NCBI RefSeq assembly: GCF_964194155.1
Contig: NC_135885.1
Span: 57,784,001-57,848,000 of the forward strand
Reading direction: 5' to 3'
DNA: 64,000 nucleotides
Origin: Cetorhinus maximus
Taxonomy: Eukaryota
Positions 63,551-64,000 of this stretch are shown here, one piece after another; the first letter of the stretch is position 1, and every line of letters begins with the position of its first letter. The notes below the pieces were generated by a model. It did no database searches. It saw only the letters and a program-made list of their open reading frames with translations, and was not told the DNA's origin. The position numbers were made by a program, and so were the translations under genes.

Positions 63551-64000
63551 AAGTGAGACCAGTGAGACAGAATCGAAGAAGTGTGACAACCAGAAATTTC
63601 TTACACATTTCACCACGGTGTGTTTGAGATATAAATTTTGTAAAGATTAGATTGTGTTGTGAATATCTGATTTCATGATTCATATATTTTAGAAAATAAC
63701 TTTTAGTTTAGAAATTGAATTTAAATGTTGATAAATTGAAGCTTGATTGAGAAACTGGTAAATAGACCTGGGGTAATTACAGTTCAAAGGGTAATCTATG
63801 TTTATTTAATAAGGATAGAGTTAGAAGCGCTAAAACTTAAACAATGGACGACACATCTTGGAGTTTTTGGTAGGGATAGGAGATCTAAAGTTATTTCAAT
63901 AGGGGATTTGGATTGTTCATGTAGTTCCCAGACCAAAGAAGCTAAAATTAAATAAGGAGGTTTCTTGGTGGAACCAGCAAGTGTGGAGAGATAGCCGTTA

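Noticed and set aside
1-64000. CRISPR arrays, tRNA or rRNA genes, prokaryotic systems
   Set aside because: None seen; the window is intron-containing vertebrate DNA and the short ORFs outside the listed features look like noise.

Overview
Eukaryotic vertebrate DNA; the repeat content suggests a cartilaginous fish (inference). 1-21 kb holds the last five coding exons and 3' UTR of UPF3A on the + strand. The protein is UPF3A-type but keeps a UPF3B-like EJC-binding motif (RIRNKDRPAMQLYQPGAR). A CpG-island promoter and non-coding first exon of the next + strand gene lie at about 61.5-62.3 kb (CHAMP1 by synteny, inferred only). The rest is mostly transposable elements. These include a nearly intact Neptune-type Penelope-like element (PLE) with a minimal hammerhead ribozyme in its terminal repeat, and several PLE fold-back insertions with TSDs, one of them chimeric. 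Also present are an old GalEa-like Copia element (LTRs, PBS, PPT and TSD recoverable under nested insertions), a Gmr1-like Gypsy with integrase before RT, two PIF/Harbinger relics plus MITEs, CR1/L2 and RTE fragments, a Deu-domain SINE and solo LTRs. All calls are by eye; many repeat boundaries are approximate and no searches were run.
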